Source: a virus (Duplodnaviria; Caudoviricetes). Taken from it: a stretch of DNA of 64,000 bases. Below, piece after piece: positions 10,964 through 20,584 of the stretch. Positions within the stretch are counted from its first letter, which is position 1, and every line of letters starts with the position of its first letter. A program made the position numbers and the translations under genes. The notes under the pieces were generated by a model. That model ran no database searches and was not told where the DNA came from. It saw nothing but the letters and a program-made list of their open reading frames with translations. The DNA lies in the IMG/VR virus record IMGVR_UViG_3300031993_000072, positions 1,330 through 65,329 of that record; one strand, written 5' to 3'.

Positions 10964-11299
10964 TTATGAAAGAACGCTGCAAAACGGAATAATGTCCTTC
11001 AGCATTACGTCCGGGATATCAGAAGATCCGTAGTTCCTATGGATCCCATTTTCGATATGCTGGATTTCACCTTCCGCACCGCGTTTATTCAGCAGGTAAC
11101 ACGCAATTTGAATCTGAGTCATTGCGTACTTATCCGGAACGCTAAGACCAGTGTAGTCTTCCTTATACGGATACATCCGGTTCAGAATCTTCTGCCCGGC
11201 CGTTTCAAGGAATACGGACAGAATGTCGTCACTTGTGTCGTCACCATCCATCATGGATCGGAGCATCACAATTTTCCGTTCTTCCGTCATTCTGTCCAC
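10964..11299 (-). CDS. Head-tail connector (SPP1 gp15-like)
   Basis: NKRGAEGE...ENGIHRNY motif; synteny. Confidence 0.75.
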   Translation of the reverse strand: MDRMTEERKIVMLRSMMDGDDTSDDILSVFLETAGQKILNRMYPYKEDYTGLSVPDKYAMTQIQIACYLLNKRGAEGEIQHIENGIHRNYGSSDIPDVMLKDIIPFCSVLS

Positions 11300-11305
11300 C
11301 CCCCT

Positions 11306-11608
11306 TTACTTCGTCGTTGTTTTACGCCTCGTCCTGGACCTTACCGGCTGTTCCTCCACAGGTTCCGCTTCTGGTTCCTTCACAGGTTCCGCTTCGGGTT
11401 CCTCTGCGGGAACATCCTTCGGTTCTTTAATCACAGGCTTCCGCGGTTCTCCAACCAGGATAACCGCTTCGCCGAGATTGTCAGAAGTTTCAAACACTTC
11501 GCCGGCCTTATGCCAGCCTGCCGCGTCTTTCACGTTCCATTTGGCTTTCACCAGCATGGTCGTATCCCCTTTCTGTGGGTCTCCCGGTGGCAGCAGACTC
11601 ACTACCAC
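11306..11608 (-). CDS. Small head-associated hypothetical protein
   Basis: Follows the major capsid gene; Pro/Glu-rich linker and basic tail. Confidence 0.55.
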   Translation of the reverse strand: MVVSLLPPGDPQKGDTTMLVKAKWNVKDAAGWHKAGEVFETSDNLGEAVILVGEPRKPVIKEPKDVPAEEPEAEPVKEPEAEPVEEQPVRSRTRRKTTTK

Positions 11609-11619
11609 CGGGTACAGGA

Positions 11620-12693
11620 TTACTTCACCTTAATCAGAGCGACCTCGTTCGCCCGCTCAAAACTGGGCAGGACGATTTCAGAAGCGAAGGTGTTCAGATT
11701 CACAGGATGTTCATCCAGGATCTGAGTGATCGCGATACCGTTGTTCACAACGGCCACGTCCGCCTTGCCGCTTCCCATCAGATCTGCCTCTTCCGGCGTG
11801 GTGCCGCGCCAGGTCGTACCCAGCTGGCCGGCAGGCAGGACCGCGACGTAGTAGTCCGGGACGAACTTGTGCGTCACTTCGTCCTCATCCTTGTACTGCT
11901 TGTCGTACACGATGATGCCGTCCAGGTTCAGAGCATCCTTCAGCACGGCGCTGATCTGCGCATCCGTCAGATAACCGAGCGCGATGCCGCTGGTGGACAG
12001 GAACAGGTCCTTGATGGCCTTGATGCTGCGGAACAGCTTGAAGGTCGTGTTGTTCATCGCAATGATGGTGCCTTCACCACCCTGGGCCTTAATGGCATCC
12101 TGGGCAGTCTGGATGTCCGTCAGAGGATCAGCGGCATTGGGTTTATCCCAGGTGTAGTCGCTGGCAACCGTGAAGTAATTCGTGGTCTTCCAGGCATCAC
12201 CGGGGTCATAGTCATAGGTGTAGGAAACACCATTGGCCTCGATGGTAATGCCCATGTCACCGTTTTCCGGGAACAGCAGCTGCATGATCATCCGTTCCGG
12301 GACGACCAGCGCGCCTTCCAGCAGGTTGGCAGCATCATCGAAGATGCGGTTCAGCGCATCATTCATGTAGGGATCGTTCTTTTCCTGGATACGCAGGATC
12401 TCCTGGCGATCTTTTTCCTTGATCTTGAAACCCTCCCGGAAGAAAGGCATTTCAGTCTCAAGCAGCTTCATGCCGGGCCGGCTGCGGAACGTCGCCTTGG
12501 CGTCAAACGCGCTGGGCATCAGAGAAACAGGCAGTCCTTTACTTCCCTTGATCCATTTCAGATCCAGGCCAGCTTTCTGCTGGGAAGGGAACAGGGTTTC
12601 ACCCAGGTAGGGAATCTTATTGCTCTGGGCCTCAGTCCAGTTGGCAGCAAGAATCTTCGGTGCCACCAGTTTGCGGAACTCAGTAAGATTCAT
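11620..12693 (-). CDS. Major capsid protein (lambda gpE-like family)
   Basis: 357 aa; YLGETLFP...GSKGLPVSLMPSAFDAKA pattern; follows the scaffold and decoration genes. Confidence 0.9.
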   Translation of the reverse strand: MNLTEFRKLVAPKILAANWTEAQSNKIPYLGETLFPSQQKAGLDLKWIKGSKGLPVSLMPSAFDAKATFRSRPGMKLLETEMPFFREGFKIKEKDRQEILRIQEKNDPYMNDALNRIFDDAANLLEGALVVPERMIMQLLFPENGDMGITIEANGVSYTYDYDPGDAWKTTNYFTVASDYTWDKPNAADPLTDIQTAQDAIKAQGGEGTIIAMNNTTFKLFRSIKAIKDLFLSTSGIALGYLTDAQISAVLKDALNLDGIIVYDKQYKDEDEVTHKFVPDYYVAVLPAGQLGTTWRGTTPEEADLMGSGKADVAVVNNGIAITQILDEHPVNLNTFASEIVLPSFERANEVALIKVK

Positions 12694-12769
12694 AGTGTTT
12701 ATCTCCTTTCATCTGTTTTTGTGTTGCCCGTATTACTTTTCGTAATATCCATGGGCCGAAAAAACTTTG

Positions 12770-13414
12770 TCAGACGGGCCACTGCACATGCCGCAGGATA
12801 TGCCCGCATCCGACTCTCACATCCGTATGAATCTTGATCCCGTGTATCTTGCACAGAACACAGAAGTAAAGGTCTTCACTCAGCATCCCACGGTTCGCGT
12901 CACCGTAATTTTTCCAGTCGTACCAGGGGTACTCTGTCCGGCGGAATACGTCTGTTTTAATCAGAGCGCATCCCATTCCGCCTCCGTGAATTTCCAGCTT
13001 TGTGATTCCGGCCTTCCTCATTTCCTGCATCTCTGCGGCCGTATACTCGGACTCAAGCGGAAAGTGGTAATATTCCGTGCCGTCCTCCTGCAAGAGTTTA
13101 CATGCACAGGTCCGCCCGTGATAAAGGTTGTCGTTACCTCTGTGGGCGTAATACCCGATGCATACGTCTACGGGATCCTCCAGCAGCAGTTTCAGCGCGT
13201 CCTTCGGCAGAACCACATCGTTGTCCACCATCAGCACATAATCCGCGCCACAGTCCAGCGCACACTGTGCAATGTTGTTCCGTGCGGTTGCCACATCGTA
13301 TCCGCGCACATACTCAAACTGGATTTCATGCCCGCATTTGTCCAGTTCCCAGATGCTCCTATAGGTATCCGGGAAAATCGTCTCATAGGTCGGAACGGCA
13401 ATTAAGATTTTCAT
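12770..13414 (-). CDS. GT-A fold glycosyltransferase (GT2-like)
   Basis: KILIAVPTY N-terminal strand, ARNNIA, MVDND (DxD), GGGMGCALIK, SEDLYFC. Confidence 0.75.
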   Translation of the reverse strand: MKILIAVPTYETIFPDTYRSIWELDKCGHEIQFEYVRGYDVATARNNIAQCALDCGADYVLMVDNDVVLPKDALKLLLEDPVDVCIGYYAHRGNDNLYHGRTCACKLLQEDGTEYYHFPLESEYTAAEMQEMRKAGITKLEIHGGGMGCALIKTDVFRRTEYPWYDWKNYGDANRGMLSEDLYFCVLCKIHGIKIHTDVRVGCGHILRHVQWPV

Positions 13415-13450
13415 GGAATATCCTCCACCTTCATGTCGTCACAGATGTGA

Positions 13451-13831
13451 TTAGGTACCTCCGGTAGATCCGGTAGATCCGGTAGATCCGGTCGCTCCGT
13501 TCACGCCGATGTTATCACGGAAGATAACGGCCGGCAGCGCGGCATACAGAGCGTCCACGTAGGACACGCCACTGTGTTCCTGGGCGACCTTGGCGTTGAT
13601 GATGCCGATCACAACCATGGAGCCGTTGGGATTTTCCGCAGTATCCACATCATACAGCAGAATGCCCTTGGCACCGGAACCGGTCGTGCTTTCACCATCC
13701 GCGTTCAGAGGCGTACCGGCCTTAACAACCGTGCCACTTCCGGGAGTCGCTACCTTGATCGGGATCGCCTGGTAATCTTTGCTGGCAAGGATTTCAACGC
13801 CGCCGCCAACAGTAGTACCACTAAACTTCAT
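13451..13831 (-). CDS. Head decoration protein
   Basis: VVKAGTPL...GILLYDVD pattern; between the scaffold and capsid genes; C-terminal GATGSTGSTGSTGGT. Confidence 0.7.
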   Translation of the reverse strand: MKFSGTTVGGGVEILASKDYQAIPIKVATPGSGTVVKAGTPLNADGESTTGSGAKGILLYDVDTAENPNGSMVVIGIINAKVAQEHSGVSYVDALYAALPAVIFRDNIGVNGATGSTGSTGSTGGT

Positions 13832-13904
13832 ACGTTTTCTCTCCTTTCAAAAGAGTTTAATATTGTCCATCGGTTCAAGCCTTCCGGGCCGAACCTTCCA
13901 GCTT

Positions 13905-14588
13905 TTACCGCATGTACCTATTCAGTCCGTCCTTAACGGACTTATCGGCATCCGCCTTCTGCTTTCCGAACCGTTTCGCTGTTTCAAGCGCAGCCTTTTC
14001 CGCCGCGTCTTCCTCGTTGCCTCCACCGGCTCCTGGTCCGGGGATCTTCCCGAACTCCAGGCGAAGTGCCTTTTCACGCGCATCCCATGCTTTCTGGATC
14101 AGCAGCAGGGCATTATTGGAATCCTCGCATCCGACAAGGCATTCGGCAATCTTGCCGGCCGTATCCTCGTCCACATTCAGACGAGACATAACATTCTTGG
14201 TACCTTCCGCACGGGCAACTTTTTTCTGAAGTTCAGCGAACTCCCTGTCACGCTGCTCCTGTGCTTCCTTTTTGTTTGCCTCGTCAATCTCTGCCTGGGT
14301 CTGTTTGGCCCGGAGTTCCTTGCGGTACTTTCCCGCTTCACTCGTTGCAGCATCCAGCGCTTCCTTCTGTTTGGCCATATCGGCCTTCAGCTGCTCAATC
14401 TGAGCCAGCAGCGCCTCGGAGTCCTGTTCTCCGCCTTTGTCGCCGTCTCCACCTGCAGGCGGATTTGCTTCGCTGCCGGCACCATTATCAGCACCGGAAG
14501 GACTTCCTTCCGCTCCGCCGGATCCACCGTCGTCCGGACTCATAAAGAACTTCGGACTCATCCAGAAACCATTACGATTGCGTACCAT
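13905..14588 (-). CDS. Capsid scaffolding protein
   Basis: Acidic/Gly-rich N-terminus then coiled coil; upstream of the capsid genes. Confidence 0.75.
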   Translation of the reverse strand: MVRNRNGFWMSPKFFMSPDDGGSGGAEGSPSGADNGAGSEANPPAGGDGDKGGEQDSEALLAQIEQLKADMAKQKEALDAATSEAGKYRKELRAKQTQAEIDEANKKEAQEQRDREFAELQKKVARAEGTKNVMSRLNVDEDTAGKIAECLVGCEDSNNALLLIQKAWDAREKALRLEFGKIPGPGAGGGNEEDAAEKAALETAKRFGKQKADADKSVKDGLNRYMR

Positions 14589-14728
14589 ATTCAATTTCTC
14601 CTTTGCGTTTTTTCTACGTGCTTCTCTGCACAAATCTTTATTTCGCGTTTGATATCGCAGTTCTCTCTGCGTTTGCGTTTTATACGTCTTCTCTGACGTT
14701 TATTTCAAACGGCATTGCCGCTGAAACC

Positions 14729-15373
14729 TTAATCAATTACCGGGTAAATCCTGCACCTGCAGCCTGGATGAGGTTTTCGCGGGATGTTGTCAATACTGTA
14801 CTTCTTTCCGTCCAGCGCATAACATGCATGGCATACACGCTGATCTTTCTCACTATCCCACACAATCTCTTTCACGCCTGCATCCAGGAAAGCGTCTACC
14901 ACGGCGTAATCCGTCACATTGATCGCATACTGTCCGACCTGCTGGCTCCATGCCTTCAATGCTTGATCGATCTGCCGTGACCGGTCCGGTGCAATCTCCA
15001 GTGCTTCTGCCAGTTTGTACGCCTTCCGATCCGCTTCCGTATCGAACCGATACAATGTCATGAAGTCCGGTTCGGTAAGGATAGCGCCAACCCAGCCTTC
15101 CGTGATGGCCATTTCCGCCATCATCTGTGCTTTCTGCGGATCCACCTCGCACATGGCCATTGCCAGCAAGTACGCTTCAAACCCGACCTCATAGTACCGT
15201 TTCCTGGCCCGCATGACCGACTGGTCATAAACAGCCTTCACTTCCTGGATGATGTTCAGCCGGTCAAAATCCAGTCCCTTCAGCCTTGTAAATGCCTCAA
15301 GGTTCTCCCGGTTCATAGCCTGGATGGCCTTGTCGCAGGCGCTGTAGACGTTCACATTACTCACGCCCATCAC
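14729..15373 (-). CDS. Head morphogenesis / minor capsid protein (Mu gpF/SPP1 gp7-like)
   Basis: C-terminal DxRVCxxC...HPGCRC motif; follows the portal gene. Confidence 0.8.
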   Translation of the reverse strand: MMGVSNVNVYSACDKAIQAMNRENLEAFTRLKGLDFDRLNIIQEVKAVYDQSVMRARKRYYEVGFEAYLLAMAMCEVDPQKAQMMAEMAITEGWVGAILTEPDFMTLYRFDTEADRKAYKLAEALEIAPDRSRQIDQALKAWSQQVGQYAINVTDYAVVDAFLDAGVKEIVWDSEKDQRVCHACYALDGKKYSIDNIPRKPHPGCRCRIYPVID

Positions 15374-17121
15374 CTGTACCCGATACCGTTCCCGCGCCTG
15401 GCTTTATTGGAGCAGGCAATGGAATCATAGATCTGATTGCTTTCCTGCTTGAGGAACTTCTTTCCGCATACCGGGCAGATCGCCCACTGGCCTTCCTTTC
15501 GGCTTCCGCCTCCGCCACCGGAGGATGAACCTTCAGCTTCCGCCTGGGCCGTTACGCCTTCCGGTGATGCAGGATTCACTGTATCGTCTTCCTTCATCGG
15601 CAGCGTATCCGCTTCACCGAGACCGTTCAGCCGGTCCAGTTCGTCCGCAAGCATCTGCTGGTAATCGTCATAAACGATCGCATCGCTTTCCGGATCGCGG
15701 CTCAGATGACTGAACTTGAACGCCTGGATGGCCGGCATACCGCTCGTCCGCAGCGTACTAAAGGACTGGGTCTTCACCAGCAGGTCCTCATAACTCTGCC
15801 GCCAGAACCGCGGCTCCAGATCTGAGATCTTCAGTCCGTCCAGTGTGTTTGTCTGCCGGCAAATCTTCAGAACAATCTTGAGGAATTCAGTCTCGGCCTT
15901 CTTCCACATGTTCTGCGTCTGCTGTGCGCGGCCTTCCGCATGCCACCAGCCATTGCGCATAATCACGGCGCCATTATTGCTGCTGTCGCCCGTGGAAGCA
16001 TTTCCCTGGCCAGGCATTCCGACGATCTCCAGGACCGTATCCTTCATATCCTTCACAAGCGTCTGTGTCTGACTCTGGTCCAACTGCTCGTTCAGATAGT
16101 ACAGCTTCCGGCCGCCATTTCCGCCGCCATTCGGATTGTTCGGGATCTTGATGGCGCCAAGGTCCTTCAGTTCCAGGAAATCCTCCCTGGAGATATCAAC
16201 GCCGTCGAACACCATCAGCGCCTGGATAAACTGCTCAATGCCGTCCATCCGGTTGCTTTCCGTAAGGTTAATGGCATCCAGCAGCGGAATAACCGGTTCA
16301 AACGCGCCCATATAGTCCGGGTTGCACGGGTACTCAATCAGCGAGACCATCCCGAAGTTATGATGCACCTCGTTCGTGATCTCCAGGCCGCCTTTTGCCT
16401 TTGGGTTCCCATAAGTCGGAATGCCTTCAATCGTATAGGTCACATTCGGCGTGTAGACCGTATACTCAATGGCCTTGTTCGGCGGATCCTTGTACACGTA
16501 CGTTACGCCCATGAGGACCGTCTTCTTCGCGTCGTTCCGGCGAACCACAAACGTGTTCTCTGTATCCGGGATTGCAATCTCAAACGGTGCCTCGTCAAGG
16601 TATTCATCCGCAGGCAGATCGTCATGCCACACCAGCCGGTACCCGACGCCGGCAATGAACATCTTGTGCGCTAACTCCAGGTCCAGCGTCTGCTTTCCTT
16701 CCGAAAGCATCATGTCATTGACCTGCGCAACCTTCTTCGGGATGTCTTTGTCGTCATTTTCGACGCCTTTATTGCCCTTCCGGCTGACGTACTGGATCGG
16801 TTCGCCGGCAAACTCGGCTTCCTTAAACGTCGTGATCTCCTGGGCAATATTCACAACAACCTTATTGTTGATCTCGGCATTATACGTCTTCGTCCGTTCC
16901 AGAATCGGCTGGATTCCGCGTTCGTAGTTCTGTAGATAAATAATTTCGCGACGGTTCTTCTCATGTGTTGCAAGCGCCTTTTCCAGCACTTCAATCACAT
17001 TCTCCCGGGTGATCTCTTTTTCACCGGAAAAGATCCGCCGCCGGCCGTGAAGTTCCTTGGAGATATCCAGTTTTGTGTCTGAAACAGTGGTCACGTCATA
17101 GACCTCCAGGTTCTTTCCCAA
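15370..17121 (-). CDS. Portal protein (SPP1 gp6-like) with a C-terminal Cys-rich extension
   Basis: 583 aa; follows terL; ends CPVCGKKF...YDSIACSNKARR. Confidence 0.9.
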   Translation of the reverse strand: MGKNLEVYDVTTVSDTKLDISKELHGRRRIFSGEKEITRENVIEVLEKALATHEKNRREIIYLQNYERGIQPILERTKTYNAEINNKVVVNIAQEITTFKEAEFAGEPIQYVSRKGNKGVENDDKDIPKKVAQVNDMMLSEGKQTLDLELAHKMFIAGVGYRLVWHDDLPADEYLDEAPFEIAIPDTENTFVVRRNDAKKTVLMGVTYVYKDPPNKAIEYTVYTPNVTYTIEGIPTYGNPKAKGGLEITNEVHHNFGMVSLIEYPCNPDYMGAFEPVIPLLDAINLTESNRMDGIEQFIQALMVFDGVDISREDFLELKDLGAIKIPNNPNGGGNGGRKLYYLNEQLDQSQTQTLVKDMKDTVLEIVGMPGQGNASTGDSSNNGAVIMRNGWWHAEGRAQQTQNMWKKAETEFLKIVLKICRQTNTLDGLKISDLEPRFWRQSYEDLLVKTQSFSTLRTSGMPAIQAFKFSHLSRDPESDAIVYDDYQQMLADELDRLNGLGEADTLPMKEDDTVNPASPEGVTAQAEAEGSSSGGGGGSRKEGQWAICPVCGKKFLKQESNQIYDSIACSNKARRGNGIGYR

Positions 17122-17351
17122 ACCGGATTCCTCCTTTCCTATAATGAGAAAAGACGCTGAAATAGCGGCTCTCCTCGCTACTCAGCGTCTCCTACTGTCC
17201 TGCTGCGTGTGATCCCTTGTGACGTCACCCACAAAATGGGTATTCAAAGGAACAGGACAGTATCCGTCACATGAATCATACCAGATGCTTTTACTGCTGT
17301 CAATACATTTTGTGTTTTTTCTATTACTTTTCGTGCTAATTACACAAAATA

Positions 17352-18989
17352 TCAAAACGGCCTGGCAAAAACGACCACCTGGTTCTGCGAAAATCCCTGC
17401 ACATATTCTGCCAGCTGGCTGATTGCGTCCGGAACATCATCAAACTTATTCTTCCCGGCCATGGTCCAGGAACACAGGAAGTTCATAAACCTACGATATT
17501 CCTTATCCTTCACGACACTGTCATCCTTAAACAGAAAATGTTCCTTCACAAACGGAGACGCCATGATGATCTTTGTTTCCTTATTCTGCGTCGTGTACTT
17601 CGTAGTCAGTTTTGTCCTGCCGCCCATCTCCCGGATCTTCTCCTGGACAGTCTGTGCCACCCGGCCGCCGGCACTGTTCGATTCAAACTGTCCCATATGC
17701 ACTTTATGCTGGACACACTTCTGGGCCAGGCGCGGCTCCACAATCTCCGGATTGCTGTTATCGCACACCACGTCCTCAATGTAGTAATCCTGCCCGTACT
17801 GGTACGCAATCGGCATCGCACAGTAGTCTTTTCCGCGGTCCTTCGTATCACAGACGCACAGGATCGCGTCCGGTTCGCGCTCCGGCAACTCAAAGTACCT
17901 CCGCAGTTCACTCGGATCGTAGAGCAGGCCTTCCCGCTCGATCGGCTGGTTCATGTACAGTGCGCGCCACGACGCGTCGTCCATGACCTCACGCTGCTCA
18001 TGATAAAACGCCGTGCTGAACCCGACGCCAAACAAATACTCAAAATTACTTTCATCATTCTCATTCAATGCCGGCACCACGATAAACTCCGCCCTGTCCG
18101 AATTCTCATACTGTCTCTCCAGGCGGCCGATTACGTCGTTCACACTCCACCTGGTAGCAATATGCAGTTCCTTGCAATGGTCGCCGATCTTACGCTGCCG
18201 CAGGTCTGTTGTGTACGTCTCCCATAGCTTATCCAGCCGCTCTTTTGACAGACTCACTTCCAGTCCGGACACCAGGTCATCACAGTACAGCAGCCTCCCG
18301 GCCCGGTACAAACCTGCATTCCCGGCGCCAATAGATGTAAACTCCAGAGTCTCAAACCGCTTCCGCTTCCCGATGTCAATGCGCAGATCCTTCGCATTCG
18401 TGTCTGACACGCCAATCCCCGGAAACACGTCCTGCCACAGGTACTCCCCGCTCTTATCAAAAATTCGCAGGCATTCATCATATACCCCGCGCACAAACGC
18501 GTTGCTGTGACTTCCTGTCAGATTCGGTTCCTCCGGCCACCTCCCTGCGACCCACGTCAACAGGAATATTGCAAGCGTACTCTTCCCGACGCCAGGTGGC
18601 AGACTGATCCCAAGAATATCCAGGCAATCATCCATGAGTCGCTGGATCCCATTCACCACCGGCAACAGCTGCTTCCGCCTCGGCAGATAAAACCTCTTCC
18701 GCGGATCACGGTTCTTTTCCAGGTACTGGCAATACGCGTCAAAATCCACCGGCGCGTCGACAAGCATACTTTTCCAGTACGTATCGTTCAGACGGTCCAG
18801 CGTCGACATCGGCAGTTCCGGTCGCCGAAGCAGCACACCGATCTTCCTCCGCAGTTCACGGTTCTCCTTGTGCAGTTCCGTCCGGCCGGCCTCAATCCCA
18901 TCATACAGAATGGCCAGTGCGTCTCTGTATACACTCGGATCTTCCGGATGCAACTCAATGCTCCGCCGGATCAGTTCAATCTCGTTCAA
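17352..18989 (-). CDS. terL: Terminase large subunit
   Basis: Walker A LPPGVGKS, Walker B LLYCDD, nuclease VCDTKDRGKD and DDVPDAIS; likely TTG start at 18989. Confidence 0.92.
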   Translation of the reverse strand: MNEIELIRRSIELHPEDPSVYRDALAILYDGIEAGRTELHKENRELRRKIGVLLRRPELPMSTLDRLNDTYWKSMLVDAPVDFDAYCQYLEKNRDPRKRFYLPRRKQLLPVVNGIQRLMDDCLDILGISLPPGVGKSTLAIFLLTWVAGRWPEEPNLTGSHSNAFVRGVYDECLRIFDKSGEYLWQDVFPGIGVSDTNAKDLRIDIGKRKRFETLEFTSIGAGNAGLYRAGRLLYCDDLVSGLEVSLSKERLDKLWETYTTDLRQRKIGDHCKELHIATRWSVNDVIGRLERQYENSDRAEFIVVPALNENDESNFEYLFGVGFSTAFYHEQREVMDDASWRALYMNQPIEREGLLYDPSELRRYFELPEREPDAILCVCDTKDRGKDYCAMPIAYQYGQDYYIEDVVCDNSNPEIVEPRLAQKCVQHKVHMGQFESNSAGGRVAQTVQEKIREMGGRTKLTTKYTTQNKETKIIMASPFVKEHFLFKDDSVVKDKEYRRFMNFLCSWTMAGKNKFDDVPDAISQLAEYVQGFSQNQVVVFARPF

Positions 18990-18993
18990 AGGC

Positions 18994-19227
18994 TCACTTC
19001 CCTTTACGCATATTCCAATTGGCAAATGCTTCCTCTGCACTCTTGTAGTGCCCGCTCTCTGTACCACATCCGCCAAATTCATAATTGCACAGCACGGCAT
19101 ACTTTATTGTAAATCTTCGTACACCGTCCGGTTTGTATTCCACAAGTTGCAGCAAATTGTTCCCGCAAAAAGGGCATGCCTTCAACCTGTAATCTTTCCC
19201 ATCAATCCTTATAGATGATTTTCTCAT
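18994..19227 (-). CDS. Lar-like restriction alleviation zinc-ribbon protein
   Basis: LKACPFCG...CxxxxGGCG...AEEAFANWN motif. Confidence 0.7.
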   Translation of the reverse strand: MRKSSIRIDGKDYRLKACPFCGNNLLQLVEYKPDGVRRFTIKYAVLCNYEFGGCGTESGHYKSAEEAFANWNMRKGK

Positions 19228-19289
19228 GACACACTCCAATAAAAAAACGGGAACAGGCCTCTCGGACCATCCCCGCAATAATGCGTCTC

Positions 19290-19547
19290 TTACTTCTGCT
19301 TTTTCCAGTACTTTACCCTGTTCGCATACGCCTTGCTGTCATCAGACCACGCCTTGCAAAACATCACGATCAGAAACAATATGATAATCCCAATCGCTAA
19401 GGCGCCTGCGCTCTCTCCAAATCTCTCAATAATCCAGTACACAACCAGCGCCATTGCTATCAGCGCAAGCAATCTGTACCACCTCCAGTCATTGTACGGT
19501 CCCGGCCGGCTTGACTCGTTCCTCAATCTCGCTGATCCGACGATCAC
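19290..19547 (-). CDS. Small membrane protein
   Basis: Two hydrophobic segments. Confidence 0.55.
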   Translation of the reverse strand: MIVGSARLRNESSRPGPYNDWRWYRLLALIAMALVVYWIIERFGESAGALAIGIIILFLIVMFCKAWSDDSKAYANRVKYWKKQK

Positions 19548-19665
19548 ACGCCTTCCTGCAGACCTCCATGATCTCGATACTGTCCTCCCGCTGCAATACG
19601 TCCCGCAACGATAGGTCCGTTACCTTCTCTACCAGCTGTTCCTTCTCTTCCTGGCTCATGTTCAT

Positions 19666-19917
19666 TTACTTCTTCACCTGCCACATGACCTCTCTGCTGG
19701 CACGGTCCACAACTACAACGTCATAGTCCATCGCGTCAAGAATCTTGATAAACACGTCCAGTCCCATCCGCGGACGATTCAAATTCCCGGATACGGACGA
19801 CTGCAGCATCCCAAGATGATCCGCAAGCTTCATCTGCGTCATATTCCGCTCCCGCATCGCCGCACGTAAAATTTCTTTATTATCCATTCCTTTCGTTTCG
19901 TTCTTTCCCATCAACAA
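19666..19917 (-). CDS. XRE-family HTH protein
   Basis: MTQMKLADHLGMLQSSVS HTH motif. Confidence 0.75.
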   Translation of the reverse strand: MLMGKNETKGMDNKEILRAAMRERNMTQMKLADHLGMLQSSVSGNLNRPRMGLDVFIKILDAMDYDVVVVDRASREVMWQVKK

Positions 19918-19935
19918 TCCCTCCTTTTTTTATAT

Positions 19936-19964
19936 AAGATAGCACATAACGCCTTATTTGTAAA
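19936..19964 (-). promoter_or_regulatory. sigmaA-type promoter (leftward)
   Basis: TTTACA-17-TATCTT on the minus strand, upstream of an AAGGAGG RBS. Confidence 0.55.
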
Positions 19965-20120
19965 TAGCAATATAGCCTTTTTTATTTTTTCGGCGCGGAA
20001 GGGGGTTACTTCCACCGGTCACGTTGTCGCCTGTTCCCCCCGGGGGAGTTTCCATTTTTTGGAAAATGGCTCCAGGTCCGGGAAAATGGAGCCGGGGCCA
20101 GCCCATTTTTTTTGATCGCA

Positions 20121-20420
20121 GGGGGCAGCAGGAGGCAGCAGGGGGCAGCAGGGGGCAGCAGGGGGCAGCAGGAGGCAGCAGGGGGCAGCAGGAGGCAGCA
20201 GGAGGCAGCAGGGGGCAGCAGGAGGCAGCAGGAGGCAGCAGGAGGCAGCAGGAGGACGCAGGAGGATACAGGAGGACGCAGGAGGATACAGGAGGACGCA
20301 GGAGGACGCAGGAGGATACAGGAGGACGCAGGAGGATACAGGAGGACGCAGGAGGACGCAGGAGGATACAGGAGGACGCAGGAGGACGCAGGAGGATACA
20401 GGAGGACGCAGGAGGACGCA
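20121..20420. repeat. 30 tandem decamers: 13x GG(G/A)GGCAGCA, then 17x GGAGGA(CG/TA)CA
   Basis: Counted directly: 6 GGGGGCAGCA, 7 GGAGGCAGCA, 11 GGAGGACGCA, 6 GGAGGATACA. Confidence 0.97.
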
Positions 20421-20438
20421 GGAAAATCAAACAACTTT

Positions 20439-20535
20439 GAATAATTGAGAATAACTTAGAATAAATTAGAATGATTAAGATTTATATATGATTTTTCCTG
20501 TTTTTGCCCGATATCGCCCGATATCGCCCGATATT
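20439..20535. repeat. Two more 10-bp-phased tracts: GAATAANTNA-like x4-5 and GCCCGATAT(C/T) x3
   Basis: Units start at 20439/49/59/69/79 and at 20506/16/26. Confidence 0.85.
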
Positions 20536-20549
20536 GCCTGTTTTTCAAC

Positions 20550-20578
20550 TTGATATGGCCATATAGCCATGATACAAT
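20550..20578 (+). promoter_or_regulatory. Strong sigmaA promoter driving the small-gene array
   Basis: TTGATA-17-TACAAT with extended TG; palindrome ATATGGCCATAT overlaps the -35/spacer. Confidence 0.8.
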
Positions 20579-20584
20579 ACAGGT

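Noticed and set aside
17352-19100. 582-aa terL starting at 19100
   Set aside because: The N-terminal extension overlaps the Lar-like gene; a TTG at 18989 with an RBS fits better.
19954-20444. Four ORFs spanning the decamer tract
   Set aside because: They are open only because the 10-bp repeat lacks stops; no RBS, and all frames give the same low-complexity text.
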